From NCBI GenBank assembly GCA_026002975.1, contig BPGJ01000003.1, positions 80,552 through 144,551 of the forward strand: 64,000 bases of DNA, read 5' to 3'. The notes under the pieces are model-generated. The model saw only the letters and a list, made by a program, of their open reading frames with translations, was not told where the DNA came from and made no database searches. Positions 31,875-39,231 of this stretch are shown one piece after another. How positions within the stretch are numbered: the stretch's first letter is position 1; every line of letters begins with the position of its first letter. Source of the stretch: Acidimicrobiia bacterium (GTDB lineage: Bacteria > Actinomycetota > Acidimicrobiia > Spongiisociales > ZC4RG35). The translations under genes were made by a program, and so were the position numbers.

Positions 31875-32123
31875 CTATGGGGGGGGGTCGGTTGAAGATG
31901 CCTCGGCCAGCTCGGCCTCCTGATCCGAGTTCGAGCCCGGTCGCAGCCCAGCGTCCCGCTCGACCCGACGCAACCAGCCCCGCAGTGTCTCAGATGCACA
32001 CCCGAACTTCGCGGCGATCGAACAGATCGCCGACCACTCCGAGGGGTACTCCTCTCGATGCTCGACCACCCGGCGAACCGCACGCTCAAGGACCTCCAGC
32101 GGATACCTGATTGTCTTTGCCAT
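31875..32123 (-). pseudogene. IS3-family OrfA (HTH) fragment
   Basis: MAKTIRYPLEVLERAVRRVVEHREEYPSEWSAICSIAAKFGCASETLRGWLRRVERD is typical of IS3/IS911 OrfA. No OrfB follows, and the ORF runs into the G-tract. Confidence 0.6.
31879..31887. repeat. homopolymeric G9 tract (C9 on the operon strand)
   Basis: Read directly: gattctat-ggggggggg-tcggttgaagatg. The equivalent tract in copy 2 is G11. Confidence 0.95.
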
Positions 32124-32170
32124 AGCTCCATCCTCCCAAGGATCAGAGCCTCCGGGAAACCGGGGCGGGT

Positions 32171-32575
32171 TCAGAGGTATCGCTGCCGGGTGGCTGGGTC
32201 GATGCGTTTCAGGGTGTAGGCCCACCAGTTGAAGGTGTCTCTGAGACGGGTGTTGCAGGCTCGACGCATCCGCACCCGGGCGGTCTTGCCTGAAGAGCAG
32301 GCCACCGGTGCTAGGCCGGCTTCGGCGAGGAGAGCGGCCGGGGTGGGGAACCGGTTTCGGTCTTCTCCGATTCAGGTGAGAAGGTTGGCGGCGATCACTG
32401 GGCCGGCTCCTGGGAAGCTGGTGAACAGCTCAGCGTCGGGATGGCGGGCAAACACGGTGGCGATCCGCTCGTCGAATCCTTTGAGTTGTTTGTTGAGCAG
32501 TTCGAGCTGGCCAGCCAGAGCGAGTGCTCCGCAGCTACGCCCGTTGGGCTGGTTCGGATGACGGCTGGTGACCAT
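32171..32575 (-). pseudogene. IS110-family transposase C-terminal fragment with an in-frame stop
   Basis: LFTSFPGAGPVIAANLLT*IGEDRNRFPTPAALLAEAGLAPVACSSGKTARVRMRRACNTRLRDTFNWWAY matches the IS110 C-terminal domain. The N-terminal catalytic part is missing. Confidence 0.6.
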
Positions 32576-32683
32576 CGCGCTGGCGGTGGGTCTGGTCCTA
32601 GCTGGTAGCGGCGTTCCGGGATCCGAGGCGGGTGTTGCGCAGCCCGTGAAGGTCGCGAAATCCCGGCTGGCGGATCGCTTGCG

Positions 32684-32703
32684 GTGTGTGTGTGTGTGTG
32701 TGT
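32684..32703. repeat. (GT)10 dinucleotide microsatellite
   Basis: Read directly: gcg-gtgtgtgtgtgtgtgtgtgt-cagg. Confidence 0.95.
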
Positions 32704-32870
32704 CAGGATAAGGGGTGCGGGGTCGGGCTTAGGGAGGCCCGGAGAGCAGGGGAGGCCCTCATGGGTGGGAAGGTGCCGCCGCCAGATCAGCACCCTCGGC
32801 CAACAGCCGGTCCGACTTCCCGCAGCCTCCCGATGATCTCCTCCGGTGTATGCCGTCGTCGTCTTCCCAT
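32703..32870 (-). pseudogene. second IS3-like OrfA N-terminal remnant (frameshifted)
   Basis: MGRRRRHTPEEIIGRLREV, then in the next frame SDRLLAEGADLAAA. This resembles the start of IS3-family OrfA proteins. It is short and broken. Confidence 0.4.
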
Positions 32871-33144
32871 CGTGATGATCCCTCCTTCACCCACCATTGT
32901 GGGCAACAGGCTCTCAATACGAGTGGGCCAATCTCAAGGGGTCACTCCGGGTTTCGTTCTCGATCTCCTCAGGAGCTGGAGAAGGCGAAGGAAGCGATCA
33001 AGCGGATCACGGAGCAGTTGGGTTACGGCTGGGTTACGGCGCGGAGTCGGTACTGCTCCCACGCAACCGATCGGGGCGATTGCAGCGAATGTCCGAATGA
33101 GGACGACGCATCGGCACAGATGACAACTGAATAGAAGGAGCGAC

Positions 33145-34515
33145 ATGATTGCAGGTGATCAACCGCAAGCGAAGAGCGAGCATCGGTCCATCATTGCCTG
33201 GTTGATAGCCGGCTTCGTCTTGGGCTTCGCCAGCCTCGGTGTGCTGCTGCAGGGCGGATTCGCCGGCGCCGCGCCCTCTCCAGACCCGACACAATGGGAT
33301 CCGGACGTACACCCGCCATTGTATATCGTACATGAAGCTCGGTCAGTCACGGACGCCGGGAGCATCGTCGACGTGCAAGTTCATGTCGCTTGTGACTTCG
33401 CAGCCCTGCGAACTTCGGAGTGTTCACCCGATGTGACGTTGTGGGCGTCGTGGGGCGGAAGCCCGTATGTCGAAGTGCCGCTAGCTGAGACACGTGTGGA
33501 CTCACTGCAAGTGTGGACCGCCCACTTGCCAGCCAGGCACCCACAATTGGGTTCTCTCAGGTACTACTTCGAAGCGTCGCACCGCGCTTTAGGCGAGCCA
33601 GTCCGCTCCCCTATCTCCGGGGTCTATGAACCTGCAGTGTTCGATTCGTTCGTTGCGGTACCACTCGATGCCCCCACATTCGTGGAACCGGAGATTGTCT
33701 TGGAAGCCCCATGGGGAACCGGTCCAACCGAGATCGGGCTGGAAGATGGCTCTGAACAAGCAACAGTTGGGCCCGACGCCTTCGCTTACGCGGAGGACGG
33801 TACCCTGGCGCTGCTCGACCAGGTGAATGGTCGTGTCGTTACGGTTAGCCCGGAAGGAGTATGGACGACGTTTGACGCGCCGTTAAAGGGCGTAGGGGAC
33901 GTCGCGTTCAGCGGATCAAGCATACTAGTGCTTGACCTAGTCGGGGAGACCCAAGGACTTTCTCGTGTCCGGATCCCGCAGATCCTGAAGTACGACAGAG
34001 AAGGTTCGCTATTGGCGAAAGCTCCAGTGTTTGCAATGGAGCCCCGCAGGTTGCTCGCATCAGGTGCCGTAGTCGACGAATCGTCGAACTCACTGGTCTA
34101 CCCATTCGACGGCACCGCTGCCCGATCCCGATCTGAGCAGCGAGCAACGAGAAAGCCACACTCGTTCCGCGTTCAGGTCGTGTCCGACCAAGTAGCGTGG
34201 CTGGCAGATCTCGGCACTGACACTGCCTTCGAAGTCGATGCGACAACTGGTGAGCTCGGCGCAATTCCGGAGTTCACGCGTCTAGGCGATTCGTATCTCG
34301 TGGTTTTCGACCAGCCAAACACTTTTCGCATTGTCTGGTTCGACTCGAACGGCACTGTCGAGCGAGATGTGACGGTCGCCAACGAACGACATTCCGTATT
34401 CCTCCCGAAGGGGAGAGTCGCCGTGACTTCGAGGGGTGACGTTCTCATCTTGAACTCCGACGAGGATGGGATATCCATTATGCGTGTCCCAGGACCGAGG
34501 GGAGGTAAGTCATGA
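33145..34515 (+). CDS. membrane-anchored extracytoplasmic protein, unknown function (cargo A1)
   Basis: GAAGGAG RBS 5 nt before the ATG. N-terminal TM (IIAWLIAGFVLGFASLGVLL). The C-terminal half has repeated beta-strand-like segments and shares a GP..A...DG....LD....RV motif with cargo A5. Confidence 0.65.
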   Translation: MIAGDQPQAKSEHRSIIAWLIAGFVLGFASLGVLLQGGFAGAAPSPDPTQWDPDVHPPLYIVHEARSVTDAGSIVDVQVHVACDFAALRTSECSPDVTLWASWGGSPYVEVPLAETRVDSLQVWTAHLPARHPQLGSLRYYFEASHRALGEPVRSPISGVYEPAVFDSFVAVPLDAPTFVEPEIVLEAPWGTGPTEIGLEDGSEQATVGPDAFAYAEDGTLALLDQVNGRVVTVSPEGVWTTFDAPLKGVGDVAFSGSSILVLDLVGETQGLSRVRIPQILKYDREGSLLAKAPVFAMEPRRLLASGAVVDESSNSLVYPFDGTAARSRSEQRATRKPHSFRVQVVSDQVAWLADLGTDTAFEVDATTGELGAIPEFTRLGDSYLVVFDQPNTFRIVWFDSNGTVERDVTVANERHSVFLPKGRVAVTSRGDVLILNSDEDGISIMRVPGPRGGKS

Positions 34516-35129
34516 AATCTCGGGTCGCGATCTTGACCGGCGGAGTGCTACTGGGGATGGGAGTCGCCCTCTTGGTCTCGAAACCAGTGGAAGCTGGGTA
34601 CTCCATCACATGTTGGACCCGTAGTAACGCCGTCAGTTACTCGTACACTGCTCTGCACGAAGGATACGAGTGGGGAGGCGGGTGGTGGACCGACAACAAC
34701 TACGACGACACGCCGAGCTGCCCTACAGATGGCGGGTCTGGCTGTGAAGGTCCTGATTGCTCCGGGCTCGTATTCAAATCCTGGGCGATGGTGAACTCGT
34801 GGGGCAGCACTGGCAAGTACTACTGGTATGCCGGTGACAACGTACACGGGCCATACTCATCGACCTCTTTCCGAGACGGCTGTGGCGGGGCTTGCTACGA
34901 CGTTTGCACCCGGCCCTGCGGGTCAGGTTCATATTCACTCACGATCCCGATGGATGCATTCGCAAAGAGTGGTCACATTGGCCTAATCTGGTCGGAAGGG
35001 TCCGACGGTTACGACGATATCCTTGAGGCGCACTCGAATAACGCTGGCGTTATTCTTTCCGAACGCTCGTACCGGCTCTCCAGCTCTTATGACGGAGTAC
35101 GTAGAAAGAACTGGAGCACTAGCTGTTGA
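34512..35129 (+). CDS. secreted NlpC/P60-like cysteine peptidase with Cys-rich N-terminal extension (cargo A2)
   Basis: ATGA overlap with A1. Signal peptide ending VEA. Catalytic-type motifs GPDCSGLVFKSW, SGHIGLIW and LEAHS in the NlpC/P60 Cys...His...His order. Confidence 0.6.
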   Translation: MKSRVAILTGGVLLGMGVALLVSKPVEAGYSITCWTRSNAVSYSYTALHEGYEWGGGWWTDNNYDDTPSCPTDGGSGCEGPDCSGLVFKSWAMVNSWGSTGKYYWYAGDNVHGPYSSTSFRDGCGGACYDVCTRPCGSGSYSLTIPMDAFAKSGHIGLIWSEGSDGYDDILEAHSNNAGVILSERSYRLSSSYDGVRRKNWSTSC

Positions 35130-35188
35130 AGAAGGGAGGTCTGAAGAGAGGCCAGAGAAGGGAGAAGAGTCGACATACTATTGGATGA

Positions 35189-35587
35189 GTGACCGCCAAG
35201 GATGGAGGTACTAAGATGCGACGAGAGATCGACAGGACGGGTGGATTATTCACGAAAGACGTTGCACAGAACAGGCTCCGGCAACGACTTGTCGCCGGGC
35301 TTATCCTCGTATTCTTAGTGGTACTTGCTTTCGCGCCAGCTGCTTTCGCCTACGGATACCGATCGGGCTCCTCGAGCTGCCCGTACGGTAAACAGGTGAG
35401 AATCGTGTCCCGGACAACGATGAACTACAAGCACTACTGGGAGTCGGGCCTTGCCGAAGACTGGTTTGGGGATAGCAGTCCCCACTGGGCCTACACGAAG
35501 ACGTGGGAGCAGAGCACCGATTGGACCGTGACCACAGACGGTGCCCTGTACAATGCATACACCGACTGCGTCTATATGCCTGTGTGA
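35189..35587 (+). CDS. small secreted protein (cargo A3); alternative start at 35216
   Basis: TM/signal (LVAGLILVFLVVLAFAPAAFA), then a ~85-aa mature part with 2 Cys ending WTVTTDGALYNAYTDCVYMPV. Its 3' 113 bp recur at 44411..44523. Confidence 0.55.
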   Translation: MTAKDGGTKMRREIDRTGGLFTKDVAQNRLRQRLVAGLILVFLVVLAFAPAAFAYGYRSGSSSCPYGKQVRIVSRTTMNYKHYWESGLAEDWFGDSSPHWAYTKTWEQSTDWTVTTDGALYNAYTDCVYMPV

Positions 35588-36300
35588 GAGCCGTTGTGCG
35601 ACACCCCTCGATGCTGATAGCGGCTGCTCTCTTGATGCTGATCTCTGCGTGTGCAGGCGAGACGGAGACGTCTACTACCGCTCCAGGGTCTTCGACCCTT
35701 TCTACCCTGGTTGGAGCCACTGAGAGCCCCTCGAAGTCGCCGGCTGCCGGCCTGTCGGCGGGCCAGGAGGAGCCGTCCGATACGGCGGGGGAGGGGGAGC
35801 CGTCCGATACGGGTGGCCTTCAGGGTGGTGGGCCATCCCAGCCGCCGCGGGTGGGTCGTAACTGGACTCCGGACCAGATCAAGCGATTCCTCAAGGCATG
35901 TGTCGAGGCTGAGGGCTTCACTGTGTCTTTGTCCGACACCGGCGCACTGGAGTGGCGCGGACCGGCGGAACAGCGTGAGGCAGCCAGCGCAGCCTTCGCC
36001 CGATGTCGAGAGCAGCTGCCTGTTTCTGTGCGCACCTATCACCCACCAACGGAGGAGGAGATCCGCGGTTGGTACGACGTCTTCCTCGAGGTGGCAGCGT
36101 GTCTTGAACGGGAAGGCTACGAGGTTCCGCCGCCACCGTCGATCGACTCGTTCGTCGAGTCGCAGGGATCCAACTGGCATCCTTATGACCTGGTGGTGGC
36201 GGATCCGACCCTGCCGTGGGGGGAGTGGGTGCGGCTGAACGAAGTGTGCCCCCAGGGCGGGGTCGAGGGCACTTCCACCGGAGACGATCATGCGGACTGA
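35584..36300 (+). CDS. lipoprotein, unknown function (cargo A4), paralogue of 44752..45474
   Basis: GTG overlaps the A3 stop (GTGA); alternative starts at 35596 and 35611. Lipobox LMLISAC, low-complexity linker, and a C-terminal Cys-containing domain (ACLEREGYEVPPPPSIDSFVE). Confidence 0.6.
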   Translation: MRAVVRHPSMLIAAALLMLISACAGETETSTTAPGSSTLSTLVGATESPSKSPAAGLSAGQEEPSDTAGEGEPSDTGGLQGGGPSQPPRVGRNWTPDQIKRFLKACVEAEGFTVSLSDTGALEWRGPAEQREAASAAFARCREQLPVSVRTYHPPTEEEIRGWYDVFLEVAACLEREGYEVPPPPSIDSFVESQGSNWHPYDLVVADPTLPWGEWVRLNEVCPQGGVEGTSTGDDHAD

Positions 36301-37387
36301 TCACTGTTGGCGGCACAGGGTGCTCGCGGTGGCGGTCCTGGCGGCTGCATGCACGGGATCGGCAGGCGACGTCCGCGAGGTATCGGACACTGCGACCACC
36401 GCCGTCGAGACTGCGGGAGTGTCGACGACCGTTCCCGAGGTCTCGGGGCCTGCCACATCGACCTCTACGACCTCGATCGTTGACGATTCCACGTCTGGAT
36501 CTGCGGAGCCGGTGGTGCAGGAGGCGGTGGTGGAGTTGACGCCTCTGGTCGCGGCTGAGGAGCTGGATGTGTGGGAGCACGTCTTGACGCTCGGGTACGG
36601 TCCGGGGCGCAGCCAGCTCGGTTTCGATCGGTTCGGTCCCGAGTACGCGACGGTGGGGCGTGATGGGGTGTGGTGGGTGTTGGACACCATGAAGAAGCGG
36701 GTCGCGAGGTTCGACGCCGAAGGCAGGTTCATCGACGACATCCCGGTCGAGCGCCCTGGGCAATTTCCGTTTCTGTTGGACGACGGGACATTTCTGGCGT
36801 TTGGCTACGACGAACTGGTGGTCGTGCGTCGCGGTCTGGTCTCTACCCGCAGGCTCGACGAGTCGTTTTCGCCGTTGATGGACGACGGGTCTGTGGTCTT
36901 CGGACGCGGCTACCCCTATCCGGCGCTTTTCTTCTCCGACGGGATCCTCCAGATCGGGAAGACAGAGTGGCTGCGTACCCGTGGCGGTGCCCGTTTCAAG
37001 CTGAGGTCGCATCCGGAGACGCTGGAACTGGAGTGGGACGGCCGACCCGCGACCGTACTGGGGCTGTCCTTTGTCGGTCCAGATGGAGCGGCGGTCACCC
37101 GCGGCGGCTTCGAGGTCGACACAACCCACGGCGACGTCGTCTACCTGCTCGTCGATGGCTACCGGAACGAAGGCGACGAGATGCAGCTGGTGGCGCGTCT
37201 CGTGGCATTCACCTCCGCAGGAGTGGTAGGGACAGTGTCCGTTCCCGGCGTCGTCTTCGACGAAGCGGGTCCCAGCACCCCGGCGCACCTCGTAATCCAC
37301 CCCGCTACCAGTACACCCCATCTTGTGGCCGTAGACGTGACCGGTCTGCACATCTGGCGGCTCGCCGGCCCAGAAGCCCCCAAGTGA
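36290..37387 (+). CDS. lipoprotein, beta-rich, unknown function (cargo A5)
   Basis: 11-nt overlap with A4. Lipobox VLAAAC and a Thr/Ser-rich linker. The body shares motifs with A1 (GYGPGRSQLGFDRFGPEYATVGRDGVWWVLDTMKKRVARFDAEG). Confidence 0.6.
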   Translation: MRTDHCWRHRVLAVAVLAAACTGSAGDVREVSDTATTAVETAGVSTTVPEVSGPATSTSTTSIVDDSTSGSAEPVVQEAVVELTPLVAAEELDVWEHVLTLGYGPGRSQLGFDRFGPEYATVGRDGVWWVLDTMKKRVARFDAEGRFIDDIPVERPGQFPFLLDDGTFLAFGYDELVVVRRGLVSTRRLDESFSPLMDDGSVVFGRGYPYPALFFSDGILQIGKTEWLRTRGGARFKLRSHPETLELEWDGRPATVLGLSFVGPDGAAVTRGGFEVDTTHGDVVYLLVDGYRNEGDEMQLVARLVAFTSAGVVGTVSVPGVVFDEAGPSTPAHLVIHPATSTPHLVAVDVTGLHIWRLAGPEAPK

Positions 37388-37447
37388 ACCCGGCACCCCG
37401 AGAGCAGGCGTCGCTCGGAGGGGACATCGGATCAAGACGACATCTTT

Positions 37448-37490
37448 CTGTGCGGATCTTTCCCGTCCAGGCCGCAGCAGATCCGCACAG
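37448..37490. terminator. 12-bp perfect inverted repeat (possible terminator or protein-binding site)
   Basis: ctgtgcggatct-(19 nt)-agatccgcacag, 60 nt after the A5 stop. No T-tract follows. Confidence 0.35.
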
Positions 37491-37650
37491 AACCTGAGGA
37501 GCCCCAACGCCGACCCGGAGGGGCAACGCCTCCCGGCATGGGGTGGTGGTAGGTAGGCGTCCCGTGAAGTGGTGGAAATGGGGGTGGGGGTCCTTGGACA
37601 TGTGGGGCCACCGTGTGACTCTCAGCGAGTTCAAGCAACGAGCTCGAGAC

Positions 37651-38010
37651 ATATGAGTCGGTCGACACCTCCGGCGCGTCCTGGGAAGGCATCCAGATGC
37701 GGTGCCCACAGTCGCCGGCAGGCGGCTACGGCGCCTGGGATCCAGGCGACCCGATCCGCCCCCTCAACTCGCCACGAGAGCAGTGACGGCGAAGACGATC
37801 GGGGTTGTCTCTTCTCCAACAGGTTCGGGACGAAAGGCCAATCGGTGCGCATTGCGTCCCGTTCCCGTCGACCACCGTGGACGACGGGATCTACGCCAAC
37901 ACCCTGCTCCACGGTGGTCATGTGCCCCGGCCGGCTGGGGGGCGCTCACCGCGCCCCCCAGTCGTAGGTCTGTTTGACCAGCCGGAGATAGCTGAAACCT
38001 CGGAGGAGAC
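37651..38010. repeat. ~360-bp direct repeat of 45339..45699 (lipoprotein 3' end, spacer, hairpin, lrp 3' end; copy 2 of the lrp repeat is 37931..38010)
   Basis: Same sequence apart from about 2 substitutions and a 1-nt deletion (gttttc to gtttc). Encodes YESVDTSGASWEGIQMRCPQSPAGGYGAWDPGDPIRPLN(S/P)PREQ*. Confidence 0.9.
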
Positions 38011-38160
38011 CCGATTCGGTCGACCACCACCTGATGTCATGGTCGATCCCGCCGATCCACCCAGTGCAGTGCGGATTCTGAGCCGACCCGTATGCCATGG
38101 GCTTTTTCCTTGTGCTCGTATGACACGCACACCTGTCGGGACTTTGGGCGGTTTCGGGCC

Positions 38161-39231
38161 TCAGGGAACTCGTAGTACCCGGACCGGGTCGCGGAAGGCG
38201 GCCACTACGGCGGGTGGGAGGGCAGCCGCTACTGCGGTGAGGACGGCGAGGACAGCGATAGCCAGACCGAAGCGTGGCTCGGGGGGTAACCCGGTTATCC
38301 GGTAGAGGGCCAGCCAGGCGCCTGTTGACCCGATTCCGGCTCCGAGTATGGCGGAGAGACTGGTTTGGAGGCACACCAGGGTGATGATGGCGGGTCGGGA
38401 TGCTCCCAGGGCGCGGCGGCGGCCGAAGTCGCGTCGTCTTCCGCTCACCGCCCCGTAGACGTTCAACCCGGTGAGAACCAGCCCGGCGGCCAGGACCGCG
38501 GTGATCAGGTTGCGTCCGAACCGTCCCAGTTCGCCCTGCACGGCCGCTCTCACCTGCGCCAACGCCTCCGAGGTCTCTATGGCTACGGCGGTGGGATCGG
38601 CGGGAGCGAGGACCATGAGGGCGGCGTCGGCGACTTTTCCCACCAGGGAGGGGCGCTCCACCAGGATGTGGATCGACCGCAGCTGGGTGGCCGGGGCGGT
38701 GAGGAGGCTCCGGTTGAGGAAGGCGAGGGGGTCGTCGGCGGTGAAGGAGCCCACGATGGCGACATCGCCCTGGTTGGTCACCCCTCCGCCGAAGGGCAAC
38801 TCGAGTCCCAGGGTTTGGGCGGCTTCGGGTCCGACCAGGGCCCGGCCTGGTCCCATGGCGGCGCCGTTGGTGTGGATTTGGGGAGGAAGGTCCCCGTATA
38901 TAGGCCGCATCGCAGCCGGGTCGCCTCCCGGGTTTCCCGCCGGGCGTACGTCGGTGGCCGGTCCCAGACCGATCACCCATTCCACCCCGGCGATCCTGGC
39001 GATGCGGTCCACGGCTTCGGTGGTGAGGCCGGCGGCTCCGTTGGTGTCGGAGATGACAATCGACCTGGTGCCCGCCTCGTCGATCCTGGCCAACACCTGT
39101 CGTTCCGCCTGGACGGTCTGACCGGTGGTGGAGAGGATGACCGCGCACACCCCGGCGACGATGAGAGCTGTCACCGCCGAACTCACCGGCTGGGCCACCG
39201 CCGAACGCAGTGCCTCCAACACCAGCTTCAC
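38161..39231 (-). CDS. FtsX/MacB-type ABC permease, copy 2
   Basis: Same architecture as copy 1, with 7 amino-acid differences by my comparison. Confidence 0.8.
   Translation of the reverse strand: MKLVLEALRSAVAQPVSSAVTALIVAGVCAVILSTTGQTVQAERQVLARIDEAGTRSIVISDTNGAAGLTTEAVDRIARIAGVEWVIGLGPATDVRPAGNPGGDPAAMRPIYGDLPPQIHTNGAAMGPGRALVGPEAAQTLGLELPFGGGVTNQGDVAIVGSFTADDPLAFLNRSLLTAPATQLRSIHILVERPSLVGKVADAALMVLAPADPTAVAIETSEALAQVRAAVQGELGRFGRNLITAVLAAGLVLTGLNVYGAVSGRRRDFGRRRALGASRPAIITLVCLQTSLSAILGAGIGSTGAWLALYRITGLPPEPRFGLAIAVLAVLTAVAAALPPAVVAAFRDPVRVLRVP

Larger units (their letters stand above)
28570..31900. repeat. ~3.3-kb direct repeat, copy 1 (regulator-adaptor-ATPase-permease module)
   Basis: Collinear with 38123..41431 plus 42814..42844 at a constant offset of 9,554 bp. 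The ORF-track translations of both copies are near-identical in all frames. Confidence 0.95.

Noticed and set aside
32850-33134. 94-aa plus-strand ORF just upstream of cargo A1 (contains SPQELEKAKEAIKRITEQLGYGW)
   Set aside because: Only a short central stretch looks protein-like. It has no RBS, overlaps IS debris and matches no family I recognise. It is possibly a gene fragment, so I did not annotate it.
35189-35587. Idea that the small secreted protein A3 is a lactococcin-972-type bacteriocin, a family known to sit next to ABC/FtsX-type immunity transporters
   Set aside because: I could not align A3 to the remembered Lcn972 sequence or its conserved pattern. The similarity is only contextual. 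It needs an HMM search before it can be claimed.
37387-37650. Possible small genes or RNA in the 260-bp gap after cargo A5 (ORFs 37432..37692 and 37305..37709 on the minus strand)
   Set aside because: The translations are Pro/Gly/His-rich and not protein-like. Only the 12-bp inverted repeat at 37448-37490 is a concrete feature there.
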